Part shown: one piece after another, positions 1 to 9,969 of the stretch
Position numbering within the stretch: position 1 is the stretch's first letter
Layout of the letters: every line of letters starts with the position of its first letter
Assembly: GCA_963708295.1 (NCBI GenBank)
Contig: CAVPSJ010000019.1
Span: 1 to 64,000, forward strand
From: an uncultured delta proteobacterium
GTDB taxonomy: Bacteria > Desulfobacterota > BSN033 > UBA1163
Direction of reading: 5' to 3'
Length of the DNA stretch: 64,000 bases
Translations under genes and position numbers: made by a program
The notes under the pieces: generated by a model
What the model saw: the letters and a program-made list of their open reading frames with translations, nothing else
Databases searched by the model: none
Told to the model about the DNA's origin: nothing

Positions 1-2501
1 ATCGAACCCGTGGGCGGGACAGTATCGAATCCCCCAACGACTTCATAGACTCCCATGTCCGCAATGGCACCGCCGTCCCCGCTGCCGTCCATGATTCTCG
101 GCTGACCGTCCATGTCCACGGGGGGAAGACCCGGGGCCGCGTTATTTCCTCGATCAATGGCTGGGGAACCCGACTGTAGATGAAGGTCCCAGCCGTTCGG
201 ATCAGTTCCCAAGATATTGACGAACAGAGGATCTTGCCCGATGTTACCGTCTACGCCCGGATATCCGCTCTGGTCGATGTCTGAATAGTGATAATTGGTA
301 AGGCAGTAGCCACCCCAGCCGCCGAGGGCTGTCCCTGTTTCTTTGTACTGCGGAGCAGTATCGCCCCACAGGATCGTATTCGTCACCCTGAGCTTATTGC
401 AATCGATCATCCCGGACTGGTCAGAAATCCCCCCGCCGGAAACAGTGGCACTGTTCTTATAGAAGGTGCAGTTGGCAATCGTGGTGATGCTCCCATCGAC
501 TCCGTAAAATCCACCCCCGGTTCCTGAACTATTGCCTGCAAAGATCGAGTTTGTGATGGCGATCGTCCCGTTGCTGTACATTCCACCGCCATAATACGCC
601 GCCGTATTCCCTAAGAACTTGCTGCTGCTGATGGTATGTGTCCCTGTGCCCAAGTTATAGATGGCTCCTCCGGAACCGTATCCGACAACGGTCGCTGCGG
701 AGTTTCCTGTGAACGTGCAGTTCGTAATCATGGAAGATGCGTTTTCATTATAGATTGCCCCTCCGTTTTGATCGGTCGTATGATTTCCGGAGAAAGTGCT
801 ATTGGTCAGGACGAGTGATCCGGTATCATAAATGGCGCCTCCCCAATTTTTTGCCGAGTTATTGGTAAAGGTGCAATTATTGACGGTCAGCGAAACTGCA
901 GAGATGGCGCCGCCCCCGGACTCGGCGTGATTGTTCGAAAATGTGGAGTAGGTAACCGTGGCGGTGTTTCCGGAAAGCCCTCCTCCGTACCAATAAGCTG
1001 AGTTGCCCGTGAATGTGCAATGGTCGATCGTCGCCACAGAAGAGCCAGCATTGGCAAGTCCCCCCATGGCCTCGATTCCTCCCGCGTTTCCATTCGCATT
1101 AAATATGCAGTTGGTCACTGAAAGAGGGGAATTCACGCCGTAAATCCCGGCTACTCTCGCTCTCGTTATGGTAAAGCCCCTGATGGTAACACTCGCGTTG
1201 TTGATATATAAACCATAATCGGCTGCGTCATGGCCATCGATCACCGTCAGACCATCATACCCGCCGGCGATGGACACAGCCTTGCTGATCATGGCACCCC
1301 CATAGGTGCCTGTCTTGACATAAATTTCGTTCCCATTGGCGGCTGCATTTGCCGCCTCCTGAATCGTTTGAAAGGCCTGCTCCCAGCTCGTTCCGTCCCC
1401 CGACGCGGATATGGATCCATCGACGAACCATGCCCCAAGGACCTGGCTGGGATCGTATTCGTGGGCGCCCATGTCGACCGTGGCCGTGCTGTCTCCGTTC
1501 CCGTCGATGATTCTGTCATTCCCGAAATAATCCGTAAGAGGGAGGTAAGGGAAGGGGCTGTTGTTTCCAGTGTCGATGCAGGGAGAACCCGGAAGCAGGA
1601 AGAGCTTTCCGGACCCTGCCAATAGGGGATCCTGCCGAATGTTCCCGTTACTTCCGGCGAACCCATCCTGGTCTATGTTGGAGTAATAAACATTGACCGA
1701 TCCACCGACTTGTTCATCCTCGGCGAAATAGGACGAATTCCCCCAGAGGATGGAGTTGGTGATCGTGGTAACGACTCCGGGGCTGCTGTAGACAGCGCCA
1801 CCATGTCCCCAATCGCCACCCAGGCCCTCTCCGGCCCAGTTATTGGTGAAGGAACAGTTTGTAATAAAAGGCATGCCGCTATACGTAAAAATCGCGCCCC
1901 CCCACCCGTACGTGCGGTTTCCCTGGAACGAACAGTTGATGATGTACGGAGAAGAGTAATAATTCGCAATGGCGCCTCCAGCATTTTCGCCGAGGTTGTT
2001 TTTGAAGACACAGTTGATGACGACCGGGACCAGATCCACGCAAGAATCAAAATATATTGCGCCCCCCCTGTTGTCGTTGGACATCCAGTAAGGGCCGGTT
2101 ATTCCTCCCGTGATCGTAAACCCGTCTATCCTTGGAGCGCCGTAATAGACATAAAAACAGCGGTGTAGATTCTGACCGTCGATGACGGTCGTATTGTCTT
2201 TTAAATCCCTCTGGCTCAGGTCGGTCTCCCCGCCGGCAAACCCTCCGTATATTTTGATCATCTTCATGTTCAGGTTGAGGGTGGATGAAAGGGGATAGAC
2301 TCCCTTTTTTACCCAGATCTCATCGCTTAATACGGCCCATGGGACCGCTTCATTGATGGTCTTAAAAGCAGTATGCCAGCTGGTTCCGTCTCCCGAAGAG
2401 CCAACCGTCCCGTCTACATACCAGACCGCGGCTTGAGCCGCTGAAGTGATCAGGAAGAAAGAGAAGATAAGACAGATCATCCATAACACGGTTTTTTTCA
2501 T
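1..2501 (-). CDS. Large secreted protein with two tandem DUF1565/right-handed beta-helix/choice-of-anchor-Q-like modules; frameshifted; runs off window start
   Basis: Manual translation: MKKTVLWMICLIFSFFLITSAAQAAVWYVDGTVGSSGDGTSW signal peptide; second module WFVDGSISASGDGTSWEQAFQTIQEA; module ends LPGSPCIDTGNN..DMGAHEY and LHLQSGSPAIDRGNN..DMGVYE; split over several frames. Confidence 0.75.
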   Translation of the reverse strand, partial: MKKTVLWMICLIFSFFLITSAAQAAVWYVDGTVGSSGDGTSWHTAFKTINEAVPWAVLSDEIWVKKGVYPLSSTLNLNMKMIKIYGGFAGGETDLSQRDLKDNTTVIDGQNLHRCFYVYYGAPRIDGFTITGGITGPYWMSNDNRGGAIYFDSCVDLVPVVINCVFKNNLGENAGGAIANYYSSPYIINCSFQGNRTYGWGGAIFTYSGMPFITNCSFTNNWAGEGLGGDWGHGGAVYSSPGVVTTITNSILWGNSSYFAEDEQVGGSVNVYYSNIDQDGFAGSNGNIRQDPLLAGSGKLFLLPGSPCIDTGNNSPFPYLPLTDYFGNDRIIDGNGDSTATVDMGAHEYDPSQVLGAWFVDGSISASGDGTSWEQAFQTIQEAANAAANGNEIYVKTGTYGGAMISKAVSIAGGYDGLTVIDGHDAADYGLYINNASVTIRGFTITRARVAGIYGVNSPLSVTNCIFNANGNAGGIEAMGGLANAGSSVATIDHCTFTGNSAYWYGGGLSGNTATVTYSTFSNNHAESGGGAISAVSLTVNNCTFTNNSAKNWGGAIYDTGSLVLTNSTFSGNHTTDQNGGAIYNENASSMITNCTFTGNSAATVVGYGSGGAIYNLGTGTHTISSSKFLGNTAAYYGGGMYSNGTIAITNSIFAGNSSGTGGGFYGVDGSITTIANCTFYKNSATVSGGGISDQSGMIDCNKLRVTNTILWGDTAPQYKETGTALGGWGGYCLTNYHYSDIDQSGYPGVDGNIGQDPLFVNILGTDPNGWDLHLQSGSPAIDRGNNAAPGLPPVDMDGQPRIMDGSGDGGAIADMGVYEVVGGFDTVPPTGS

Positions 2502-2569
2502 GATAGCCCCCTTCAGCTTTAAGTTGTTGTGATTATCCGCCCAATCTTAGAATACTCTTTTTTTCTGTT

Positions 2570-2585
2570 TGCAACCCCTGTGCCA
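2570..2585 (-). promoter_or_regulatory. Sigma-54 promoter (-24/-12)
   Basis: TGGCAC-AGGGG-TTGCA on the minus strand, ~70 nt upstream of ATG 2501. Confidence 0.85.
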
Positions 2586-2713
2586 TGGAACCTAAATCAT
2601 TGAACAACATACACCATTGAACATCATTTTACAGAAAGGTCTCAGATAGCCTAATAAATGGATGTTTCTTGGAAAAGAGATAAGGAAGGAGATGGGGGAG
2701 AGGGTCCTAGAGA

Positions 2714-2772
2714 AGGTTGAAGGAATGGTTTTCTTCAACCTCTTCAACCAATCGTGCGGTTGAAATCAACCG
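2714..2772. promoter_or_regulatory. Putative enhancer (UAS) cluster for a sigma-54 activator
   Basis: Several GGTTGA(A)/(T)TCAACC half-sites forming inverted repeats (AGGTTGAAG..CTTCAACCT; CGGTTGA-AA-TCAACCG) 130-190 nt upstream of the sigma-54 site. Confidence 0.55.
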
Positions 2773-2775
2773 ATT

Positions 2776-4137
2776 TCAGATTTCATGGAGCATCATGCGG
2801 TAACGCAAATGGCTTCGGCTGATTCCGAGGAGGCGGGCTGCGCGACTTTTGTTGCCGCCGCTTACCTGAAGTGCTTTTTGAATCAGTTCTTTCTCAGCTT
2901 GGGCGAGAGTGGGAATATTATTGGGAGCGATGATCTCAAGTTGAGCATCTTCGGCCTCCGATTCTTCGCTGATGAGCAGGTGCGAAGGGAAGGCTTCCAG
3001 GCCAATCATTCCGCCTCGATTCATCAGAACGGCCGAGCGGAGGACGTTCATCACCTCCCGCACATTTCCCGGCCAGTGATAATCCAAAAGAAAATCCAGG
3101 GCTCGCGGTTCAAACTTGATATCCGGATGTCCCATCTCATTTCCGAAGACTCGAAGGTAATGATCCAGGAGAATTCGAATGTCCTCCCTGCGTTCTCTCA
3201 AGGCAGGAATAAGAATAGGAAAGGCCATCAACCGATGAAAAAGATCCTGCCGGAATTTTTCTTTCATCACCATTTCCTCAAGGGGACGATTGCTGGCCGC
3301 AAGTATTCGGCAATTCACCTCCACGGTGCTGGATCCTCCGAGGGGATAGAATCTCTTCTCTTCGATCGCTTGGAGGAATTTGGCCTGAAGGGATGCATCC
3401 AACTCACCGACTTCGTCCAGGAAAAGGGTTCCCCCATGAGCCATCTGAAACCTGCCCTTGTGACGATGGCTCGCTCCTGAAAAAGCTCCTTTCTCATAAC
3501 CGAAAAGCTCACTCTCCAGTAGCGATGCCGGAATGGCGGCACAATTCACCTTCACAAAGGGGCCGTCTTTGTGCATGCTCAACCTATGGATGTGACGGGC
3601 CAACAAGTCTTTTCCGGTGCCTGTTTCTCCAAGAATGAGGACGGTGAGATCGGTCGGAGCGACCTTCACCGTGCGCTCCATCAGGGCTTTGACGGAGTTC
3701 GTTTCACCCAGGAAAGGAGTTTCGCCTAGGCTTTCCCTGAGGAGTTGCCTCAAGTTGTGATTCTCCTCGGATAAGACCCTCACTTTCAACGCATTCCGGA
3801 CGGTGGCAAGGATCGTATCTTCTTGAAATGGTTTGGTGAGATAGTCGAAGGCCCCTTCCCGAACCATCTCAACGGCAGAAGGGATGGTCCCGAAAGCGGT
3901 CAGCACAATGAAGGGGATTTCCGGAGCCACGACATTTCTGTGGCGCAACAGGTCCACCCCGCCATACGGAGACATGAACAGGTCGGAGATAATGACGTCG
4001 ATCTCTTGCTCGTCTATGAGCCGAGCCGCTTGCTGTCCGTTCGTTGTCGTTACCACCTCATGGTTTTCATGCCGGAGCATGAGGTCGAGGATCTGACAAT
4101 ACCGGAGTTCATCATCCACAACAAGGATGCGAGACAT
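2776..4137 (-). CDS. Sigma-54-dependent NtrC/AtoC-family response regulator (REC-AAA+-Fis HTH)
   Basis: MSRILVVDDE receiver, GETGTGKD Walker A, ESELFGYEKGAFSGA, WPGNVRE, C-terminal NKSRAARLLGISR; start placed at ATG 4137. Confidence 0.93.
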   Translation of the reverse strand: MSRILVVDDELRYCQILDLMLRHENHEVVTTTNGQQAARLIDEQEIDVIISDLFMSPYGGVDLLRHRNVVAPEIPFIVLTAFGTIPSAVEMVREGAFDYLTKPFQEDTILATVRNALKVRVLSEENHNLRQLLRESLGETPFLGETNSVKALMERTVKVAPTDLTVLILGETGTGKDLLARHIHRLSMHKDGPFVKVNCAAIPASLLESELFGYEKGAFSGASHRHKGRFQMAHGGTLFLDEVGELDASLQAKFLQAIEEKRFYPLGGSSTVEVNCRILAASNRPLEEMVMKEKFRQDLFHRLMAFPILIPALRERREDIRILLDHYLRVFGNEMGHPDIKFEPRALDFLLDYHWPGNVREVMNVLRSAVLMNRGGMIGLEAFPSHLLISEESEAEDAQLEIIAPNNIPTLAQAEKELIQKALQVSGGNKSRAARLLGISRSHLRYRMMLHEI

Positions 4138-4156
4138 GAACGGAAACTCTCCCTTC

Positions 4157-6660
4157 TTAAATGGACGGGATACGATCCTTCCCCGTCTGCCACAGTGGAA
4201 AATACAAAGCAACTTCCGTGCCATGTTGGAGCAAGGATTTGATTCGAACCGATCCCCCATGACTCTCCATCACCTTTTTGACCAAAGAAAGACCCAGTCC
4301 TAAGCCTGAATCCTTTGTCGTAAAGAAACGATCGAAAACTTTTTCAAGATGTTCCCGGGGAATTCCTTTGCCCGTGTCTTTGATGGAGACCCAGGCCTGT
4401 TTTATCTCACGATTCACCCCGGTCGAAATCGAATAATTCTCCCCCCTGAGGCATCGCCTCCTCTGCATTCGTGAAGATATTCAAAAGCACATGATAGATC
4501 TGGCGCGAATCGAGAGAAACCTTGCCACACGCCTCATCCAGTTGAAATTGAACGGATACGGAAACCGCGCTCTTTCTTCTCGATTCCCACAAAAAGGCCG
4601 CAGACTGGACCAGATTATTGAAATCAGTATCCGATTTTGAAGGGGGGGCCATCCGGGCAAACTGCAGGAATTCATCAACTGTTTTAGCTAGACGATCGGT
4701 CTCTTCAAGAATGAAGCTGGTAACTTTGTCTCTCTCTGATGGATCTTTTGTCTTTGATAAGATTTCCGCGGACCCTCTTACGATCCCGAGGGGATTCCTA
4801 ATCTCATGAGCCAGGATCGCAGCCCCTTCCCCCAAATCAGCCATTCGCTCCGCCTGCATCAAACGGTGGGACAAATCCACCAAAGATCGATTTGTCTTTT
4901 GAAGTCCTTCCATCAAGCGGGCATTCCCCAACGTGTGGGCTGTTTGTGTGGCGAGGGTGCTGATGACTCGGATCTCGTCCTTGCTCAACAGCCGATTCCT
5001 GGTCTTATCGCCCAGTAAATAAAAACCCCACAGTTCGTCCCCGCTCTTCAGGGGCAAGACAATACTGATGCCGCGGGCGTTGAGAAAGCTTAGAGGGCCT
5101 GAGTCAGAAGGGAGTCCCCCATCATGCAACGTATCCCAAAAAAGGGGGAGAGGTTTCCTTGACAGGAGGTCGAGGTTTAAAGTCATCTCTTTTTCCATAT
5201 CCATCCATCCCGCATCGCTTTCTCGCAACTCCCAACCTTTTCCGAACTGAGATCTCAGGATCAACGCCGCTTTATGAACCGATATCCTTTCGGGGAGTTC
5301 CCTGACGAGAAATTGGGATATTTCTTCAAGGGTGGAAGCACGGCTGAGCTTCGTGCTTCCGTCCATCAGAAGCAGGGGGAGTCCCAATCTCTCCGGAAAC
5401 AGAGCCCGGTCGAGCCCGCTTTTGGACTGAATTCTTCAGAGGGTTAAAGATCAAGGCAGCACCCAGAAGGATCAACAATTCAGGCCGAAACCACGAATCG
5501 CCTCCGGAAGGTACCGCTATTTTCTGGTGCAAAATACCCAAAATCAGGAAATAAGGGGTAACCAAGAGTCCGGCAGAAACTCCGTAAACAATACTGCCAT
5601 GGATCACTTGGTCGACGTCCATGAGTCGGTATCTGTAAAAAGCGAAGAGGTAAGAGAAAATGATGAAAGGGAAGAAGATCAGGCTCAGGCCATAGCTGAT
5701 CAAAGGATTTCCGATGAAGGCTCTAGGAAGAGCGTAGAGAAGGATGTAGGGTGACATTCCGAGAGTGTGGCCCCAGAGAAGCCATTTGAGCTGGTTTTTT
5801 AGCACCGGGTCACTTGTTGTCCTGTAAGCTTGGATGAGGATACTGAAGGTGAACAGGGAGATGATACCGGCGATCAAATAAAGAGTTCGATAGGAAATCT
5901 CGACTCCCGCGAGGGGAGTCCCCCAAAGGGTTGAGATGGCAATCGATGCTACAACCGGGGGAAGCAAGTAGATCGCCCAAGGGGTCCATTTCGGAAGTTG
6001 CAAATGGTTACGTTTTTGAAGAAAGATCAAAATGAGATAGAACCAGGAAGAAAAGATGACGCAGACGGTGCCGAGTCTGACAGCAAGGATAACCGGAAGC
6101 CGGGGGCTGATTTCCAGAAAAAGATGTTTCCCGGTGTGGTTATAGATGCTCAACGAGGTGGTAAAAAGAAGGATGGAGAGGATATGCACTCGCGCCTGTT
6201 TAGGATAGTGAAAAAGAAGATAGGTTCCGCAAAAGAGGATAAAAGAGGCGAGGAACCAAAGGCCGAAAGTTGTTTGAAGGAGATCTTTTATGGAGGCCCG
6301 GCGTGGGAGTATGAAAATAGTCTCAGAAAGACTCCCCTGATTGAGGATTTTTAATTCCACGGGCTTTTGGGTCGACCACAAGGGGTCCTTTGGGGAGATT
6401 CGAAGAAAGGATCGCAGCCACTCTCCCACAGGAATTCCTTCCAATGAAGTAATATAAGTTCCCCTCATTAATGGCTTTGAGCTTTTTACGTCGGCGACGG
6501 CTTGAATATAGTATCCTTCCGAGCGGAGTTCTCCGTAAATGCCGGTGTAGGGGGACTTCAGGAAGAGAATCAGCCTGTCTATTCCGTAAAGGGCGACCAG
6601 AGCAGTGACCAGCAGAAGGATGATCTGAGTTTTTGACAGAGGGTGGTCTTTTTGATTCAT
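4157..6660 (-). CDS. Membrane sensor histidine kinase (periplasmic loop, multi-TM, GAF, HisKA, HATPase); two frameshifts
   Basis: ORFs 5326-6726 (TM helices), 4407-5387 (GAF, LAHEIRNPL H-box, LLNIFTNA N-box) and 4157-4468 (DTGKGI, FFTTK, GLGLGL) are collinear parts of one kinase. Confidence 0.88.
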
Positions 6661-6807
6661 ATGAAAGGGAACCAGTGCCTTGGCTTTATTTCTATCAGAA
6701 ATGGAACGGAGGGTCAATCCTTGCATATAGGCAATTTCCGACCCATGAAATTATGGCGTAGGCCTTTGTAAAACTGGGTAAATTAGGTCTTAAGCCCGAA
6801 GCCCCGT

Positions 6808-6836
6808 TTGACAACCCCGGATGTCAAACTTAAAAT
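6808..6836 (+). promoter_or_regulatory. Sigma-70 promoter of the FKBP gene with overlapping palindrome
   Basis: TTGACA-N17-TAAAAT; GTTTGACA-N8-TGTCAAAC inverted repeat at 6806-6829. Confidence 0.6.
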
Positions 6837-6876
6837 AGAGGAATTGGAACAAGGTCGTCCGAAGGAGGTAGCTTAA

Positions 6877-7587
6877 ATGAAATTCAAAGGAATAGCAGTG
6901 TTGGCAGTTCTAATTTTTGTAAGCCTGGGAAGAGCTGAGGGAAACTTGACCTTGAAGGACCAAAAGGACAGGATCAGCTACAGTTACGGAGTCGATACCG
7001 CCACAAAGCTGAAGAATATTTCCGCCGGCGTGGATTTGGATCTTTTCATCAAGGGAGTCAAGGACGGACTTTCGGGGGCGAAGCTTCTGATGACAGACCA
7101 GGAGATTCGTGACACGTTAGCGGCCGTCCAGAAAGAAATAACAGCCAAGTCGGAGGAAGAGAAGAAGGCGCTTGCTGAAAAAAACAAGAAAGAAGGGGCA
7201 GCGTTCCTTACCGAGAACAAGAAAAAAGAAGGAGTGATTACCCTGCCCAGCGGATTGCAGTATAAGGTGCTCAAAGAGGGGGTGGGGAAAACACCCGCCG
7301 ATACGGATTGGGCTAAAATCTATTTTCGCGGGACCCTCGTCGATGGGACCGTGTTTGAAGATACCTACAAGAGCTTCGGCCAGCCAGTAGCTTTTGCGGT
7401 CAAAGGGTTGATCCCGGGTTGGGCAGAGGCGTTAAAGCTCATGAAGGAGGGTGCGAAGTGGCAGCTCTTTATTCCTTCAGATCTCGCTTTCGGTGAACGC
7501 GGTGCAGGAACTCTCATCGGTCCCAATGCCACCCTGATCATTGAGGTGGAGCTGGTCTCGGTTCAGGAAAAAAGGACGGGACCTTAG
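6877..7587 (+). CDS. Periplasmic FKBP-type peptidyl-prolyl isomerase (Mip/FkpA family)
   Basis: Signal peptide, FKBP_N helices, SGLQYKVL, LIPGWAEAL, FIPSDLAFG, IGPNATLI. Confidence 0.93.
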   Translation: MKFKGIAVLAVLIFVSLGRAEGNLTLKDQKDRISYSYGVDTATKLKNISAGVDLDLFIKGVKDGLSGAKLLMTDQEIRDTLAAVQKEITAKSEEEKKALAEKNKKEGAAFLTENKKKEGVITLPSGLQYKVLKEGVGKTPADTDWAKIYFRGTLVDGTVFEDTYKSFGQPVAFAVKGLIPGWAEALKLMKEGAKWQLFIPSDLAFGERGAGTLIGPNATLIIEVELVSVQEKRTGP

Positions 7588-9690
7588 TTAGGTTAAACCA
7601 ACATTCATGCCGAGCGGGATATCATTCGGATCTCCACCCCAACCTACACCATAAGGCGTGGCACCGGAAGAAGGATAAATGTACCAGGCGCCGGTACTGG
7701 CTTGATAAATGGCAATGTCCGTCTTTCCGTCTCCGTCATAATCCCCGGGAACGGGTTTGAACGCGGGTCCCCCGCACCCCACGCCATAGGCCGGAGCGCC
7801 CGAAGAGGGAATGATCCACCAAACGCCCGTGCTGGCTTCATAAATGGCAATATCGGTTTTCCCATCTCCGTCATAATCTCCTGGAACAGGGGTAAACGCA
7901 GGCCCGCCCCAGCCCACTCCGTAGGGGGCAGCGCCCGAAGAGGGTTTGATCCACCAAACGCCCGTGCTGGCTTCGTAAATGGCAATATCGGTTTTCCCAT
8001 CTCCATCATAATCTCCTGGAACAGGGGTAAATGCAGGCCCGCCCCAGCCCACTCCGTAGGGAGCGGCTCCCGAAGAAGGTTTGATCCACCACGCGCCCGT
8101 GCTTCTCCGGTAGATGGCAATATCGGTTTTCCCATCTCCATCGTAATCTCCGGGAACAGGTGTATCACTGGAATCTCCACCCCAGTCCACTCCATAGGGT
8201 GCGCCTCCCGAAGAAGGTTTAATCCACCAGGCTCCGCTACTGGGATCATAGACCGCAGTATCGGTTTTTCCATCCCCATCATAATCTCCGGGCACAGGTG
8301 TGAATCCGGGTCCCCCCCAGCCGACTCCGTAGGCTCCAACGCCCGATGACGGAGAAATCCACCAGGCGCCGCTATTCTTACGGTAAACGGCGATGTCTCC
8401 TCTCCCATCTACGTCAAAATCAACCACTCCGGGGGAAAATTTACGTGAAAGGGCAACCATTTCCGTTTCATTCTTTGTTACTGAACTAACTTGAATTCCG
8501 CTGTTAGGATTGTATAAACCCCCTCGGCTGTTGATCATATCGCGGGCACCGGTTAGCCACGCATCGATGCCGGAAAAAGTCGGAAGGTGACGGCTGTTAT
8601 GATCTATGGGGTAAAGGATATATTTAGCCGCCCAATAGTCCAGAGCCACAGGATCCTGGCTGGCCAAAATCTGATTGGCACGAAATGTTGTACTCGCCGG
8701 GTAACCTGCAATGGAAGAATAAGACACCCAGATGGCATCGATGATGTTTAGAAGCGGAGTTCGTACAGAAACCACCATCTTCCCACACGTGTTTCCTAAG
8801 CCGCCATAATGACGAAAACCGCTCTGGCCATCAGACATCGAGACGACTCCGTAAAAATGCTTAAGGGATGCAGTAATCTCCGACCCTCCTGTGTCATGGT
8901 GCTTGAGGACTGGGACATTGATCAGTTTGAGGTTCTGGCTATAACTATTCCCATTCCAGATGCCTTCCCTTAACTCTACCCGACGACCTGCGGCCGTTGT
9001 AAAACAAGGGTAAGAGACATCTTCATAGGTTCGGTACCCATTTGTCGTATGGTCCGTAGCTCCAATAAAAGTGGTTCTGATAGGATCCAGTAAGAAGGCA
9101 GAAACTCTGGGATCATTAAAGACGGTGTTGACCAGATAAAGAAAGCTATGGCTCTCGTCATTGGCATTCGCATGGATACTGTTATCCGGATAGCTCCCCC
9201 AGCCTAGGGCATCCCCATTCAGGCTCCCCTGGCTTTGTCCATTTTCAAAAATGACCACTTCTCCATTGAAGCCATCCGGATGGTCGAGAATTCTCTGGAT
9301 CAATCCTCGGATAAGGTCACTATTGGTGCAGCCACGGTACTTCCACTGCCCATTCACCTTGATTAATACGACATCGTTGGTTTCGATCATTCCCGAAGGA
9401 CCGCTGAGAGCAGTCTCCTGAACCGAACGATAAAACTTCAGACCCCGATCTCCCATCAAATGAAGAAGGTAATCAACCCCTGCGTGATCGTTCCCATTTC
9501 CTCCTCCATAAAAAGGTTGGACGGGAACATTCTTAACCCAAAATAGGGGGTTGATCGGATTCGCCTCTCCTTTAGGCATACGATGAAAGGGAAAGAAGAC
9601 GGACCCCAATACTCCGGCAATCATCCCTTTAAGAAAATTTCTTCTTGTGATCCCTGTTTTCCACAAAAAAGTCTGCATCGGATTAGCCAT
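7588..9690 (-). CDS. Tat-exported DUF362-domain protein with C-terminal FG-GAP/VCBS repeats
   Basis: TRRNFLK Tat motif; VLIKVN, LINVPVLKHH, ASLKHFYG, ASQDPVALD DUF362 motifs; six DxDGDGxxD repeats. Confidence 0.85.
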   Translation of the reverse strand: MANPMQTFLWKTGITRRNFLKGMIAGVLGSVFFPFHRMPKGEANPINPLFWVKNVPVQPFYGGGNGNDHAGVDYLLHLMGDRGLKFYRSVQETALSGPSGMIETNDVVLIKVNGQWKYRGCTNSDLIRGLIQRILDHPDGFNGEVVIFENGQSQGSLNGDALGWGSYPDNSIHANANDESHSFLYLVNTVFNDPRVSAFLLDPIRTTFIGATDHTTNGYRTYEDVSYPCFTTAAGRRVELREGIWNGNSYSQNLKLINVPVLKHHDTGGSEITASLKHFYGVVSMSDGQSGFRHYGGLGNTCGKMVVSVRTPLLNIIDAIWVSYSSIAGYPASTTFRANQILASQDPVALDYWAAKYILYPIDHNSRHLPTFSGIDAWLTGARDMINSRGGLYNPNSGIQVSSVTKNETEMVALSRKFSPGVVDFDVDGRGDIAVYRKNSGAWWISPSSGVGAYGVGWGGPGFTPVPGDYDGDGKTDTAVYDPSSGAWWIKPSSGGAPYGVDWGGDSSDTPVPGDYDGDGKTDIAIYRRSTGAWWIKPSSGAAPYGVGWGGPAFTPVPGDYDGDGKTDIAIYEASTGVWWIKPSSGAAPYGVGWGGPAFTPVPGDYDGDGKTDIAIYEASTGVWWIIPSSGAPAYGVGCGGPAFKPVPGDYDGDGKTDIAIYQASTGAWYIYPSSGATPYGVGWGGDPNDIPLGMNVGLT

Positions 9691-9743
9691 GATCTCATCC
9701 CTTTCTAAATTCATATTTTCTGATTGTTTTCATTTCCATCGCA

Positions 9744-9759
9744 AGCATTCATTGTGCCA
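9744..9759 (-). promoter_or_regulatory. Sigma-54 promoter
   Basis: TGGCAC-AATGA-ATGCT (GG-N10-GC) ~55 nt upstream of ATG 9690. Confidence 0.75.
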
Positions 9760-9893
9760 CAAAATCCGTCAAATTAAACGAGTAATTACAGATATTTTTG
9801 AATCATCTCATTTCTACCTAAACAGAATTGAACATAAATGGGATTGATTTGCAATATTCTTGTTCGAAATAGGACAGAGGTGTAGATAGAGAT

Positions 9894-9939
9894 AAAAAAG
9901 GGGTGCGGTTTTCGGAAATGATAAACCGCACCCCTTTTT
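9894..9939 (-). terminator. Intrinsic terminator
   Basis: AAAAAGGGGTGCGGTTT..AAACCGCACCCCTTTTT inverted repeat just past stop 9970. Confidence 0.75.
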
Positions 9940-9969
9940 CCTAAGAGAAGATCAACAACCCGAAACGAC

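Noticed and set aside
7690-8420. Regularly spaced DNA repeats resembling a CRISPR array (also 10000-10880, 14700-15440, 29160-29900)
   Set aside because: Units are ~120-bp coding FG-GAP repeats with no unique spacers; no cas genes.
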